A DNA stretch of 44,482 nt from Spirochaetaceae bacterium (GCA_003559765.1 PWKH01000061.1:1-44482); one strand, 5' to 3'. Positions 8,563 through 19,378 are shown, counted from the stretch's first letter. Made by a program: numbers and translations. Notes: generated by a model not told the origin, from the letters alone.

Positions 8563-11256
8563 ATGGGAAACACAATAGAAAAAATTTCAGAGATGCTCAA
8601 TGAAGAAAAATGGACACGGGCTGCAATCAACAGCTATACCATACATAATTTTGAGGTGCTTGACGATCTGTTAAACAATTCCTCGAAGGAGGATCTAGGT
8701 GAAATCAAGCTGCTCTGCGATGAGCATCTCACCCATACAAAGCACAGTATCATTGCTCTGTATATTTCCGGAGTCATCGCCCTGAAGAAACGGCTGATCG
8801 ATGATTCCCATCTGGTGCAGCTGATCACCCTCTTTTCTGATAACCGGAAATGGAAGATCGTTGAGTATCTTGCCGATAAAGTGCTGGAATACGGTGAGAA
8901 CATGATTGTGCTTCGTCTGCTGGCGAACGCCTATGAGAGCACCGGAGAGGATGAGAAGAAATACCAGATCTGGGAACGGCTGGTGAAGGTTGACTATGAG
9001 GAAATCGATATCGTCAAGCTGCTGGCGGAACGTTCAGCTGCCGCAGGCGACATGGAACAGGCGGTCATCTACTACAAAAAGGCGCTCTACCGGTATATCA
9101 CCTTCAGGAATTTTTCCCAGATCAAGGATATCTGGGATGTGCTGATACATAGAATCCCTGAGGAATATGAGTTTTTTCTCCAGATCTGCACAAAGGTGTC
9201 CACGGCAATTTCCCAGGAACGGGGGAATCAGCTGCTGTTTGAACTTTTTCATGTGTATCGTGACCAGGAGAACTGGAACCGTGCCCTGGAAATCATCAAA
9301 CTGTATCTCCATGGAGATCTGAAATCCGTTGACGCCCGGAATGAGCTGATCGCCTGCTACCGGGAAATCTACAAGGACCACAGCAAGCTGGAGGACTACA
9401 TCAGTGAGTCCAATCTGCTGCAGTCCTACCGGAATGTGGAAGATGCTATTTCCTATTTCGAGAAACATATCGCCCTGGATTCAGGAAATTTTGTCTACCA
9501 TAAGAGCTGGGGAATCGGAAGAATCAAATCGATCCGCGGAGAGAAGGTGGTCATCGACTTCGTCAGCAAGCGGGCACATGAGATGTCCATGAAGATGGCG
9601 GTAAACGCCCTCACTGTACTGGATAGGTCCCATATCTGGGTGCTCAAAAGCGTGCTTACCAAGGAAAAGCTCCGGGAAAAGGTGAAGGAGGATGCCGCAT
9701 GGGCATTGCGGACGGTCATAAAGAGCTACGGCAACTCCGCCAGTATCCGCACGATTAAAAGTGAGCTTGTTCCTGCGGTGCTCACAAAAAACGAATGGAC
9801 CTCCTGGAACCTTGCCGCAAGAAAAATCCTGAAGACCAATTCGATGTTCGGGACCAATCCGGAAAAAACCGATGAATATCTCGTCCGTGAAACTCCTATC
9901 TCCTTCGAAGAGAAGACGCTGAACACCTTCAAAAGCGAGAAAGGATTTTATCAGCGTGTGCGGATCATGCGGGAGTTCATTTCCAACAGTGAACCGGATT
10001 CAACCTTTTTTGAAGAGATTTACAACTACTTTCTCACCATTGCCAACAACTTTACGGTGATCAATGACCAGGTAGTCTCCAGCTATCTGGTCACCAAGCG
10101 TCTTTCAAGACAGTTCAGTTTTCTTCCGAAACCCTCGGAATTTAAATTTTCTGAAGTCTTGACCGACGAGGCGACCCTCCTTCAGGTGTTCCAGCATATC
10201 GATGACAGCGACATCAAACGTGATTTCCTCACGGAGGTAAAACTCTCCTTCGACAACTGGAAGGAGCTGTACGTCAGATTGTTCCCCTACTACCTGACCA
10301 TGTACATCATTGATGAGCTGGAAGTCTCTCAGGAGAAAGATGCCTACCTCAACGAAGTCTTCGCAAACTCCTACGAATCGTATCGGGAAAAGCCGGAGAC
10401 CTTCTGCTGGCTGGCCAAGAGCTTTTCCTTCGAACAGTGGGAGAAACGGGGCATACCGACTGAGAAGGTGCTCATTGCCCTGCTCCATCTGCTGGAGATC
10501 ACCTTCCGGAATATTTCCAACAAGAAGGATGTGGTGGTCAACCGCAGGCTCAACCGTATCATTCAGGCCGTCCTTTTTGAAGAAGGGGCGCTTAATATCT
10601 ATATCGCGGCTCACAACCAGGATCAGGTCAACAGGATCTACAGTCTCCTGAAGGACATACCCGATCTTGATCCTTCCAAAAAGATTGAACTGAAACATTT
10701 GATCAAAGAGCAGTTTCCGGATTACCGGTTCACCGATGAAGATGAAAAGGCCGAAACCATCTCCGGCGGCCTGATCGTAACGGAAAACAGCTATGTGAGA
10801 AAACAGGATGAACTGCGTCACATCCTCGAAGTCGAGATACCTGAGAATTCTAAGGAAATCGGTGCAGCCCGGGAGCTCGGGGATTTACGGGAAAATGCTG
10901 AGTACAAAGCCGGAAAGGAACGTCAGGAAATGCTCAATTTCTCCGTCGGAAAGCTGAAGACTGAAATTGACCGGGCGGTAATTTTTGAAGAGGACACCGT
11001 GGATACATCAAAAGTATCCTTCGGCACCACCGTTGAACTGGTGAACCGGCACAACGATACAGTTGAGGTGTATCACATTTTCGGACCCTGGGAATCTGAG
11101 CCGAATAAAGGGATCCTTTCCTATCTCTCCCCCTTCGGATCAAAACTGCTCAACCGTACGGTCGCAGAGGAGTTCTCCTTTACCATTAATGAGCATGCAT
11201 ATTCCTACCGGGTGAAATCAATCACCAAGGCGCCCTTTCAGCAGCTGGTTGACTAG
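8563..11256 (+). CDS. greA: Transcription elongation factor GreA, long spirochaete form (897 aa)
   Basis: C-terminal Gre domain (EIPENSKEIGAARELGDLRENAEYKAGKERQ; VSFGTTV; GILSYLSPFGSKLL) preceded by an ~730-aa helical extension. AAGGTGG SD. Confidence 0.93.
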   Translation: MGNTIEKISEMLNEEKWTRAAINSYTIHNFEVLDDLLNNSSKEDLGEIKLLCDEHLTHTKHSIIALYISGVIALKKRLIDDSHLVQLITLFSDNRKWKIVEYLADKVLEYGENMIVLRLLANAYESTGEDEKKYQIWERLVKVDYEEIDIVKLLAERSAAAGDMEQAVIYYKKALYRYITFRNFSQIKDIWDVLIHRIPEEYEFFLQICTKVSTAISQERGNQLLFELFHVYRDQENWNRALEIIKLYLHGDLKSVDARNELIACYREIYKDHSKLEDYISESNLLQSYRNVEDAISYFEKHIALDSGNFVYHKSWGIGRIKSIRGEKVVIDFVSKRAHEMSMKMAVNALTVLDRSHIWVLKSVLTKEKLREKVKEDAAWALRTVIKSYGNSASIRTIKSELVPAVLTKNEWTSWNLAARKILKTNSMFGTNPEKTDEYLVRETPISFEEKTLNTFKSEKGFYQRVRIMREFISNSEPDSTFFEEIYNYFLTIANNFTVINDQVVSSYLVTKRLSRQFSFLPKPSEFKFSEVLTDEATLLQVFQHIDDSDIKRDFLTEVKLSFDNWKELYVRLFPYYLTMYIIDELEVSQEKDAYLNEVFANSYESYREKPETFCWLAKSFSFEQWEKRGIPTEKVLIALLHLLEITFRNISNKKDVVVNRRLNRIIQAVLFEEGALNIYIAAHNQDQVNRIYSLLKDIPDLDPSKKIELKHLIKEQFPDYRFTDEDEKAETISGGLIVTENSYVRKQDELRHILEVEIPENSKEIGAARELGDLRENAEYKAGKERQEMLNFSVGKLKTEIDRAVIFEEDTVDTSKVSFGTTVELVNRHNDTVEVYHIFGPWESEPNKGILSYLSPFGSKLLNRTVAEEFSFTINEHAYSYRVKSITKAPFQQLVD

Positions 11257-11258
11257 CT

Positions 11259-11897
11259 GTGTTCGCATATCTTGCAAGCGGTCTGCTCCTTGGAGGAGCG
11301 GCTGCAGCCCAGCCGGGACCGTTTCAGGCGTTTCTCATGGGAAAGACCATGAGAAACGGCTGGAGGAGCACCTTGAAGGCCGCCGCAGCTCCCCTGATCA
11401 GCGATGTGCCGATAGTGATTCTGGTTTTGTTTCTGCTGAGCCAGGCATCATTCTGGTTTCTGCATGTGCTGAGAATCGGCGGAGGCATCTATCTGCTCTA
11501 TCTCGGATCGGAGGCATGGAAGAGCGGAAGGAAAGCCCGCAGAGCGGAAGATTCCCTGCAGGTTTCCGGTGAGCCGCTGCATAAAAGCCTGTTCCAGGGA
11601 GTGATGGTCAACGCCTTGAGTCCCCATGCATATCTCTTCTGGGCTACCATAGCCGGACCGATCTTCCTTGAGGGATGGCACACTGCACCTGCATACGGGG
11701 TGAGCTTCATCATCGGGTTCTACGGAACGCTGATCGGAGGATTCATGCTCTTTGTGCTTCTGATTGCTTCGGTGGGAAAACTGGGGCAGAAGGTTCAGTA
11801 CTGGATGGGTATGGCCTCTGCCGCTGCACTGTTCGGGTTTGCCCTCTTTCTGATTACCCAGGGAATCATCGAATTAGGATTGTCTGCTTCGCAGTAA
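11259..11897 (+). CDS. LysE-family translocator
   Basis: 212-aa hydrophobic protein with AAQPGP, GGGIYLLYLG and FQGVMVNALSPHAYLFW motifs. GTG start. Confidence 0.85.
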   Translation: MFAYLASGLLLGGAAAAQPGPFQAFLMGKTMRNGWRSTLKAAAAPLISDVPIVILVLFLLSQASFWFLHVLRIGGGIYLLYLGSEAWKSGRKARRAEDSLQVSGEPLHKSLFQGVMVNALSPHAYLFWATIAGPIFLEGWHTAPAYGVSFIIGFYGTLIGGFMLFVLLIASVGKLGQKVQYWMGMASAAALFGFALFLITQGIIELGLSASQ

Positions 11898-13427
11898 TCT
11901 GAAAAAGGAGATGCCGATTTTTCGGTACAGCAGTCCCAGCAGCAGCGCAGCAGGTGCCCCCAGGAAGATAATCCGCAGAATCGCTTCCATCAATCCCCGG
12001 GACTGCAGCGGAACCAGCCTGACCAGCACTGCAAGCACAGCCAGCATGAGTATGTTGGAAAAAATTATCTTGAGGCATGTCTGCGCAGTCTTACGGTGTA
12101 TCAGAGAAAAATCTACGGCACACAGTGCGGTAATTCCGTAGGCGGCAGTAAATGCTGCGGCAAGCCCGGTTATCCCAAGAGGAGTTCTGATCAGCAGAAT
12201 CGAGAACAGGATGTCCAGGGATGCTGCGAGCAAGGTGATGACTGCGGCTTTCTTCCAGAACTGCTGCAGATAGTACTTCCGGAGAAACAGCTGGGTCAAT
12301 CCGAGAAGCACCATTCCCGGAGCAAAAAACCGCAGAATGGCTGCAGTCTGATCCGCAGCTTCCTGGGTATAGTTTCCCGCCAGGAGCACCACCGTACATA
12401 CCTCCCGGGAAAAAACCGTCAGCAGCACCGCTGACGGGAGCAGAAAGGTCAGTACATGCTCAATTCCGGTGTTCATGGTTCCGGCAAGTTCTGCATGCTC
12501 CCCCTGATGGTGAAACTGCGATATCATCGGATAGAGCACGGTCATGATGGATGCGAAAAACACCCCGAAGGGCATCTGCCAGAGGATTATGGCGTTGGAG
12601 TACTGGATGACGTTTCCTTCCTGAAGTGTTGATGCAAGATAAAACGAGACCTGCTGACTGACCAGGAAGGCGCTCTGCAGCGCGATCAGCCTGCCCCATC
12701 TGCGGAAGAAGGTCCTGCTGTCTCTCAGGGAGATTCGGACAGCTGTCTCAGGAATCCGGCGGAGCATCACCAGCATCAGCCATACCGCCGGTATCAGGGC
12801 GCCGACGGCAAACCCTGCGGCTACTGCATAGACGCCCCAGAGATCAAACAGCAGCAGCGAGCAGACAATGACTGATGCCGAAAGGATCAGGGGAGCCAGG
12901 GAGGGAGCAAAAAACCGTCGGCGGACATGGAGCGCACCGGAGGCGGCATTTGTGAGAAAAATTCCCAGGGTATAGATCGTAAAAATTCCCAGCAGCACGA
13001 TGCCGGCTGGATGAATGACCTCATCACCGAAGTCCGATACTGCATGAAGCAGCTGTGAGCCGAAAAGCAGAAATCCTGCTCCCATTACCGCAGAGATAAT
13101 GCACAGCACTGCAGCGGTCCTGAAAAAGAACTGTCCTGCCTCCTGCTTATCCCGGTGATACCGGCAGCTGTATTCAGGGACAAAGGCTGAGGAAAAGGCT
13201 CCCTCTGCAAAGATTTTACGGACATTGTTGGGAATATTCAGAGTAAAAAACAGCAGATCCCCCATCAGGGTTGCTCCGACAAGGGAGCTGATGATCCGGA
13301 TCCGGACCAGTCCGAGCAGTCTGCTTGCAGCGGTCATGACCATCAGCAGCAGAGCTGACTGCTCAAGTGACCGGCTGTCCTCCCGAGATTCGGTAGCGCT
13401 GGAGATATGCCCGTTTGAAGGAATCAA
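11874..13427 (-). CDS. murJ: Lipid II flippase MurJ (MviN)
   Basis: ASRLLGLVR, IPNNVRKIFAEGAFSSAFVP and QMPFGVF...TVLYP motifs, with many TM helices. Follows tgt. The TTG start is uncertain. Confidence 0.88.
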   Translation of the reverse strand: MIPSNGHISSATESREDSRSLEQSALLLMVMTAASRLLGLVRIRIISSLVGATLMGDLLFFTLNIPNNVRKIFAEGAFSSAFVPEYSCRYHRDKQEAGQFFFRTAAVLCIISAVMGAGFLLFGSQLLHAVSDFGDEVIHPAGIVLLGIFTIYTLGIFLTNAASGALHVRRRFFAPSLAPLILSASVIVCSLLLFDLWGVYAVAAGFAVGALIPAVWLMLVMLRRIPETAVRISLRDSRTFFRRWGRLIALQSAFLVSQQVSFYLASTLQEGNVIQYSNAIILWQMPFGVFFASIMTVLYPMISQFHHQGEHAELAGTMNTGIEHVLTFLLPSAVLLTVFSREVCTVVLLAGNYTQEAADQTAAILRFFAPGMVLLGLTQLFLRKYYLQQFWKKAAVITLLAASLDILFSILLIRTPLGITGLAAAFTAAYGITALCAVDFSLIHRKTAQTCLKIIFSNILMLAVLAVLVRLVPLQSRGLMEAILRIIFLGAPAALLLGLLYRKIGISFFRLLRSRQS

Positions 13428-14502
13428 AGCTGCCCCCCTTGATATGAGCTTTTACCTGCTCCATAAGCCGATAGAGATAGGTCAGATTATGTTCGCTCGC
13501 CAGCATCAGTCCGAGAATTTCATGAGTTTTGAACAGATGACGCAGATACCCCCGGGAATAGGAAGTGCAGGCGCAGCAGGGGCACCCTTCCATAATCGGA
13601 TCCTGGTCATAGGCATGGCGGGCCTTTTTCAGCTGAATCATACCGTCATCGGTGAAAACTGAGCCGTTACGGGCCGTCCTGGTTGCCAGAACGCAGTCGA
13701 AGATATCGATACCCTGGGAGACCGCTTCCAGGATATAATCGGGGGTTCCGATTCCCATGACATACCGGGGCTTGCTGCGGTCGATCAGCTCCGCAGTATG
13801 CCCGAGGTATTCGATAAACACATTGCGCTGCTCTCCTACTGATAACCCTCCGATTGCAACCCCGGGAAAATCAAGCTCCCCGATTTCCAGGGCGCTGATT
13901 CGCCTCAGATCCTTGTAGAAGTTGCCCTGGATGATGCCGAAGAGCGCTCCGTCAGTTTTTCTGGTGCCGGAGAGCCACTGCATTTTTGACCGCTTTGCCC
14001 ATCGGGTGGTGATTTCCAGGGCGTCCCTGGCCTGAGCATGGGTGATCTCCGGAGGAGTGCAGACATCGAGGCACATCATGATGTCGCTGCCGATGATCTG
14101 CTGTATATCAACAACACCCTCCGGGGTCAGATGGTGGAGAGACCCGTCAATATGGGAACGGAAGGTGACCCCCTCCTCCTTGATGGTGCGCAGTCCGGCA
14201 AGAGAGAAGATCTGAAATCCGCCGCTGTCGGTGAGGATGTTATGCTTCCAGGAGCTGAACCGGTGCAGTCCGCCGTAGGACTCCAGCACATCAGTTCCCG
14301 GACGCAGATACAGATGATAGGTGTTGGCGAGTATCAGCCGGTAACCGATATCCTCAACACTGCGGTGATGCATGGCCTTGACGGTGCCGTTGGTTCCCAC
14401 GGGCATGAACATCGGCGTCTCCACCGTGCCGTGGGGAAGCTCAAGCCTGCCGATGCGTCCATGGGTGCGCTCATCCTTGGTAAGTACGGTAAATATATTC
14501 AA
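13363..14502 (-). CDS. tgt: tRNA-guanine transglycosylase
   Basis: TPMFMPVGT, NTYHLYLRPG, TDSGGFQ, GGLSVGE, YVMGIG, DIFDCV and Zn ligands CPCCAC...HN. TTG start after AAGGA. Confidence 0.97.
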   Translation of the reverse strand: MNIFTVLTKDERTHGRIGRLELPHGTVETPMFMPVGTNGTVKAMHHRSVEDIGYRLILANTYHLYLRPGTDVLESYGGLHRFSSWKHNILTDSGGFQIFSLAGLRTIKEEGVTFRSHIDGSLHHLTPEGVVDIQQIIGSDIMMCLDVCTPPEITHAQARDALEITTRWAKRSKMQWLSGTRKTDGALFGIIQGNFYKDLRRISALEIGELDFPGVAIGGLSVGEQRNVFIEYLGHTAELIDRSKPRYVMGIGTPDYILEAVSQGIDIFDCVLATRTARNGSVFTDDGMIQLKKARHAYDQDPIMEGCPCCACTSYSRGYLRHLFKTHEILGLMLASEHNLTYLYRLMEQVKAHIKGGSFDSFKRAYLQRYRISGGQPVT

Positions 14503-14516
14503 AACTTGGTTCCTTT

Positions 14517-15587
14517 CTACGTTTTTGCCTGCCGAAACAGTATCATTGACAGTATAAAGAAAGTTCCGAAGGGCAGCAAGCTTCCCAGAAGCGGATGCAG
14601 ATATCCCTGCCGAGCAAGAATGAGAAAGATGAATTCATAGATATAGTACAGCACTGATATGGAAAGGGAGAAAAAGAGACTCAGCAGCAGAATATTCTTC
14701 CTGAACCGGGAGCCTGCTGAGACAGAAAGCAGCACCACCAGCAGCGGGGTAAAGGAGAAAATGATCCGTTCATAGAGATCGGTCTGCGCCTCCCGCTGGA
14801 TCTGAGTATCGATGTAGCCCATCCGCCGAATGTATGAAAAACCCTCCTCCAGGGTCATATGTTCAATCTGATTGGTCCTGCGCCGGAAATGGTCCGGAGG
14901 TTCATTCAGCGCCGGATTCCGGTATTCGCTTTGGGTTTCAATCGTATCTCCCTCATAAATACGGACCTGCTCAAGCACCCACTGCTGAGATTCCCGGTGA
15001 TAGACTGCCCGGGGAGCATCCACCCGCAGCTGAATACCGCCGTGCTCCCTGAAAAACAGGACGGTCAGATTGCGCAGCTCATGCCGATCCTCCCTGAACC
15101 GCTGGGCAAAATACAGTATGCTGCCGGTCTGGTTCCATAGGACAATGTTGCTGTCCTGCTGGATTGTCGGCCGTCCCACCAGGTGGTCGATCCGCTGACT
15201 CCGCTCAAAGGAGGCGGGAATCTGCACCAGATCCTGAAACAGCAGGGATGCCGCGCTTATCCCGAATGCGAGGATAATAATATTCCGAGTAAGTCGCATG
15301 AACGATACCCCGGAGTTCAGTATTGCGATCAGTTCGTTGTTGGCAAAGAGGGATGCCATGATGAAGCACACGGAAAAGAGCATTGATACCGGAATTGCAT
15401 GCACCAGTGCCTGAGGGACATACAGCAGAAACAGCATCAGGGTGTCTGCCAGCGGAATATGTCTGTCTACGATCAGGTGCATGTAGGTGAACAGTTCGGC
15501 CACTGAGAGGATCACTGAAAGCCCTGCCAAGGTGACCAGAAAAACGGGAATAATCTGTTTGAGAACGTATCGGTCCAGGGTATTCAT
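14517..15587 (-). CDS. lptG: LptF/LptG-family permease (LptG-like)
   Basis: MNTLDRYVLK N-terminus, NNELIAILNSGVS motif and 3+3 TM topology. Paired with a paralogue upstream; F versus G is assigned by gene order only. Confidence 0.8.
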   Translation of the reverse strand: MNTLDRYVLKQIIPVFLVTLAGLSVILSVAELFTYMHLIVDRHIPLADTLMLFLLYVPQALVHAIPVSMLFSVCFIMASLFANNELIAILNSGVSFMRLTRNIIILAFGISAASLLFQDLVQIPASFERSQRIDHLVGRPTIQQDSNIVLWNQTGSILYFAQRFREDRHELRNLTVLFFREHGGIQLRVDAPRAVYHRESQQWVLEQVRIYEGDTIETQSEYRNPALNEPPDHFRRRTNQIEHMTLEEGFSYIRRMGYIDTQIQREAQTDLYERIIFSFTPLLVVLLSVSAGSRFRKNILLLSLFFSLSISVLYYIYEFIFLILARQGYLHPLLGSLLPFGTFFILSMILFRQAKT

Positions 15588-15597
15588 TTCTGTTCCC

Positions 15598-16827
15598 CTA
15601 CCGCCGTTTCAGAACCGCAAATGCCGCAGCGCCGATGAGCGCAAAGAGCACGTTCGGGCCGAGCATCAGCAGTGCCGGGGGCAGCTCCGTCCTGACCCCG
15701 TAGGACTGTCCTGAGAACATCATGATCCAGTAGAGGGTGGACATAAGCACGCCGATACCGAACCCGATGATCTTTCCGTGCTGAATAGGAATCACCGCAA
15801 TCGGCAGAGCTATAAAGATGAGAAAAAGACAGCCGAGGGGCAGGGCAATTTTTCTGAAAAGCTCGATCTCATAGAACCGGAGCGTGCGGCTGACATAGCT
15901 TTTTTCTGCCAGGGAATCGTATTCCCGCAGCAGGACCCTCCGCTCCTCCGGAGGCAGGTCCCGGGCGATGAGCGCCTCCAGTTCCTCCATCCGCTGACGG
16001 TCCCGCTGCTTCGTCTGTGCAATATCCTCCCTTCTCTCAGCAATTTCATGGTAGACATCAAGAAAGCTCATCTCCGCAGGTGAGAGGGAGAGCATGGAAA
16101 AGGTGGCCTGGTCCATGGAGAAGAAGAGATCCATCATCTCTGCTTCAAAGCGTTCGAAGGACTCCCCGTCCCTTCCCTGGGTACCAGCTGCTTCCAGAAA
16201 CCTGAAGACAGTCGTTCCCTCCAGGTCCTGGGTGAACCGTCCCGACTCTGCAAAAATTACCGAACGCTTCTCAATCGGCGAGGAGGTGTCGATGATGATG
16301 ACATCCTCAATCTGTTCTTCCCCGGAGGATCTGCTGATGATCATGGTGTCCTGAATGATGGAGGGTGAATACGGGCGGATCTCCAGTTCCGGTGTTTTAT
16401 ACAGCAGTTCCCGGTAGAGTCTCCGGTATTCAATCGTTCCAAGCGGCAGGAACATGTCATTGGTGATGAATGATACCACCGACAGTACAATCGCAGCGAG
16501 AATGAACGGACGCAGCATGAGCCGGAAGGATATGCCGCTTGAGCGAAGCGCCATGATCTCCCTGCCTGCCGAAAGCGTTCCCAGGGCCATAGCTGTACCT
16601 GAAAGGGCTGCAAAGGGAAAGGTAAATGAGAGGATAATCGGCACCGAATACAGGATAATCAGGGCCACATCGGTCAGCGAAACGGTACTGATGAGAATGT
16701 TGCGGGCCAGCAGCAGCAGCTGGTTTACAAAAAAGATGAAGAAAAAGAACAGAAAGGCTATGGAAAAGCTGATGAAAAATTCCCGGAGTAGATACCCTTC
16801 TATGGTTCTGAAGCTGCTCCGAGACAT
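15598..16827 (-). CDS. lptF: LptF/LptG-family permease (LptF-like)
   Basis: IEGYLLREF, LSAGREIMALRSSGIS and ELFRKIALPLGC motifs, with 3+3 TM topology. Confidence 0.8.
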   Translation of the reverse strand: MSRSSFRTIEGYLLREFFISFSIAFLFFFFIFFVNQLLLLARNILISTVSLTDVALIILYSVPIILSFTFPFAALSGTAMALGTLSAGREIMALRSSGISFRLMLRPFILAAIVLSVVSFITNDMFLPLGTIEYRRLYRELLYKTPELEIRPYSPSIIQDTMIISRSSGEEQIEDVIIIDTSSPIEKRSVIFAESGRFTQDLEGTTVFRFLEAAGTQGRDGESFERFEAEMMDLFFSMDQATFSMLSLSPAEMSFLDVYHEIAERREDIAQTKQRDRQRMEELEALIARDLPPEERRVLLREYDSLAEKSYVSRTLRFYEIELFRKIALPLGCLFLIFIALPIAVIPIQHGKIIGFGIGVLMSTLYWIMMFSGQSYGVRTELPPALLMLGPNVLFALIGAAAFAVLKRR

Positions 16828-16832
16828 GAGCG

Positions 16833-17273
16833 CTAACTCCCTGTCGAACCGAATCCTCCGGCTCCCCTGGCTGTTTGTGATATCTCCTCAGCGATTTCAA
16901 ATTCAGCCCGGACTACCGGCTGAATCACCATCTGGGCTATCCGTTCCCTAGGATGCACCGTCCAGGATTCTGTTCCGTGGTTTATGATGATAACACGTAC
17001 TTCTCCCCGGTAGTCGGCGTCAATCGTGCCCGGAGTGTTCAGCACGGTGATGCCGTTTCTGACAGCCAGGCCTGATCTCGGCCTGATCTGGGCTTCATAC
17101 CCCTCCGGGAGTTCAAGGAATACTCCAGTGGGGATCAGCTTTCTCTCCCCAGGCTGGAGTTCCATAGGTTCATGAATGCCCGCACAGATATCAGCTCCTG
17201 CCGCATGGGCGGAAGCATAGAAGGGAGGGGCAGCCCCTCCCTCAAGCCGTATGCGCACGGGAACACGCTTCAT
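16833..17273 (-). CDS. dut: dUTP diphosphatase
   Basis: [34 protein letters not shown] and [10 protein letters not shown]. Confidence 0.98.
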   Translation of the reverse strand: MKRVPVRIRLEGGAAPPFYASAHAAGADICAGIHEPMELQPGERKLIPTGVFLELPEGYEAQIRPRSGLAVRNGITVLNTPGTIDADYRGEVRVIIINHGTESWTVHPRERIAQMVIQPVVRAEFEIAEEISQTARGAGGFGSTGS

Positions 17274-17275
17274 GG

Positions 17276-19363
17276 TTATTCCTTCGTTTTCAGGGCATCA
17301 ACATAACTGAGATTCAGTCTGCCCATCCGGTCAATTTCCAGGAGCTTCACCGGAATCTGCTGATTCATGGACAGCACATCTTCTACAGACTTCACCCGCT
17401 CCTTGGAAAGCTTGGAAATATGCACCAGCCCTTCCTTTCCCGGGAGAATTTCCACGAATGCACCGAAATCGGTAATCCGCTTCACCGTACCCTGATAAAT
17501 CCGGCCGACCTCAGGCTCTTCGATTATTGAGAGCACCAGCTTGCGAGCCAGTTCGGCTTTTTCATGGTCTTTTCCGTAGATAGTTACGGTTCCGTCATTG
17601 TCGATGTTGATCTCAGAACCGGACTGTTCAGCAATGCTTTTTATGTTCTTTCCTCCGGGTCCGATCACCGCACCGATTTTCTCTTCATCAATCTTAAGCT
17701 TCAGGATCCTCGGCGCGTATTTGGAAATATCCTCGCTCGGCCCTTCGATCGCCTTGCCCATCTCCTGAAGAATGTGCATGCGTCCGCGTTTTGCCTGAGC
17801 AAGGGCCTCGGACATCAGCGAGCTGCTCACACCGTCGATCTTAATGTCCATCTGGAATGCGGTAATGCCGTCCTCTGTTCCTGCAACCTTGAAGTCCATG
17901 TCGCCGAGGTGATCCTCCTCACCGAGGATATCACTGATCACAACCATGGATTCACCGTCTGAAACCAGTCCCATAGCAATTCCTGCCACAGGTTTTTTGA
18001 TCTTTACTCCCGCTGATAGCAGGGAAAGAGATCCGCTGCAGACAGTCGCCATGGATGATGACCCGTTGGATTCAAGGATTTCAGAAACTACCCTGATGGT
18101 ATAGGGGAAGGCTTCCTTCGTGGGAAGCACCGGATCCAGTGACCTGAAAGCCAGATGACCGTGTCCGATCTCCCGTCTTCCGGTGAAGGTCCTGCCGGTC
18201 TCACCTACGGAAAATGGCGGGAAATTGTAGTGCAGCATGAAATGCTCAAAGGATTTCTCTCCGTCGATGTTGTCGACCATCTGCTCGTCATACACAGTGC
18301 CCAGGGTGGTTACCCCGAGACTCTGGGTCTCTCCTCGGGTGAACAGCGCACTTCCGTGGGCCCGGGGCAGCACATCGATTTCACAGGTAATCGGTCGGAT
18401 ATCTTCAGGTCCGCGGTGATCGGTCCGCTTCTTTTCCGTCAGAATGGATTTACGGACGATCTCCTGTTCCATATCAGACAGCAGTTTGCCGACCAGCTTT
18501 TCATCACCTTCTTCAATCCGGTCCTGGAAGTGCTCCAGCACCCGGTCCTTCACTGCACTGATGGCGGCGGTCCGCTCCATTTTTCCGATTACAAAGCAGG
18601 CATGCTGCATTTCGTCGAATGCGAAGGACCGAATCTCCTGTTCAATTTCGATTGATGGAGCTTCCGGCTGCAGGGGCAGTTTTTCCTTGCCGACCTTCTT
18701 CGCCAGTCTGATCTGGGCTTCGCAGATTTCTTTTATTACCGGTTCTGCGACAGCAATAGCTTCGATGAGAATTTCCTCTGGAACTTCCGCACCGCCGCCT
18801 TCCACCATGGTGATTCCTGACAAGGTGCCGGCTACAATGATGTCAAGATCCCCTTCTTCGATTTCCAAAAAGGTCGGGTTGATAATGAATTCTCCGTTCA
18901 GATGACACACTCGCACCGCACCGATGGGACCGTTGAAAGGGATGTCCGACACTGTTACCGCTGCGGAGGAAGCGACCATGGCCACCATATCCGGAGGGTT
19001 AATCTGGTCAGTTGAGAGGGTGGTCGGTATGATCTGAATCTCCCGCTGAAAGGCTTTGCTGAACAGCGGGCGCAACGGTCGGTCAATCAGCCGGCAGACG
19101 AGAATTTCCTTATCCTTTGGTCTTCCCTCCCGCTTGAGAAAGCCTCCGGGAATTTTCCCTGCAGCATAGTATTTCTCATTGTACTCCACCATGAGGGGTA
19201 CAAAGTCAGCGCCCTCTATGATAGATCTGCCGCAGCAGGCGGTGGCAAGCACGGCACTGCCGGAATAGCTGGCGTATACAGATCCGTTAGCCTGTTTTGC
19301 CATCTTTCCGGTCTCAAGAACCATCTCTTCTTTTCCGATGGTGATTACTTCTCTATGAATCAT
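17276..19363 (-). CDS. pnp: Polyribonucleotide nucleotidyltransferase
   Basis: [43 protein letters not shown] and [12 protein letters not shown], plus KH and S1 domains. Start 19363 has better SD spacing than 19369. Confidence 0.98.
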   Translation of the reverse strand: MIHREVITIGKEEMVLETGKMAKQANGSVYASYSGSAVLATACCGRSIIEGADFVPLMVEYNEKYYAAGKIPGGFLKREGRPKDKEILVCRLIDRPLRPLFSKAFQREIQIIPTTLSTDQINPPDMVAMVASSAAVTVSDIPFNGPIGAVRVCHLNGEFIINPTFLEIEEGDLDIIVAGTLSGITMVEGGGAEVPEEILIEAIAVAEPVIKEICEAQIRLAKKVGKEKLPLQPEAPSIEIEQEIRSFAFDEMQHACFVIGKMERTAAISAVKDRVLEHFQDRIEEGDEKLVGKLLSDMEQEIVRKSILTEKKRTDHRGPEDIRPITCEIDVLPRAHGSALFTRGETQSLGVTTLGTVYDEQMVDNIDGEKSFEHFMLHYNFPPFSVGETGRTFTGRREIGHGHLAFRSLDPVLPTKEAFPYTIRVVSEILESNGSSSMATVCSGSLSLLSAGVKIKKPVAGIAMGLVSDGESMVVISDILGEEDHLGDMDFKVAGTEDGITAFQMDIKIDGVSSSLMSEALAQAKRGRMHILQEMGKAIEGPSEDISKYAPRILKLKIDEEKIGAVIGPGGKNIKSIAEQSGSEINIDNDGTVTIYGKDHEKAELARKLVLSIIEEPEVGRIYQGTVKRITDFGAFVEILPGKEGLVHISKLSKERVKSVEDVLSMNQQIPVKLLEIDRMGRLNLSYVDALKTKE

Positions 19364-19378
19364 GCACATTTCCTTTTA

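Noticed and set aside
13363-14502. Possibility that tgt is a queuine-salvage or DNA-modifying (DpdA-like) variant
   Set aside because: It has the standard bacterial preQ1-type residues (LDVCT, GGLSVGE), a housekeeping context, and queA in the same window.
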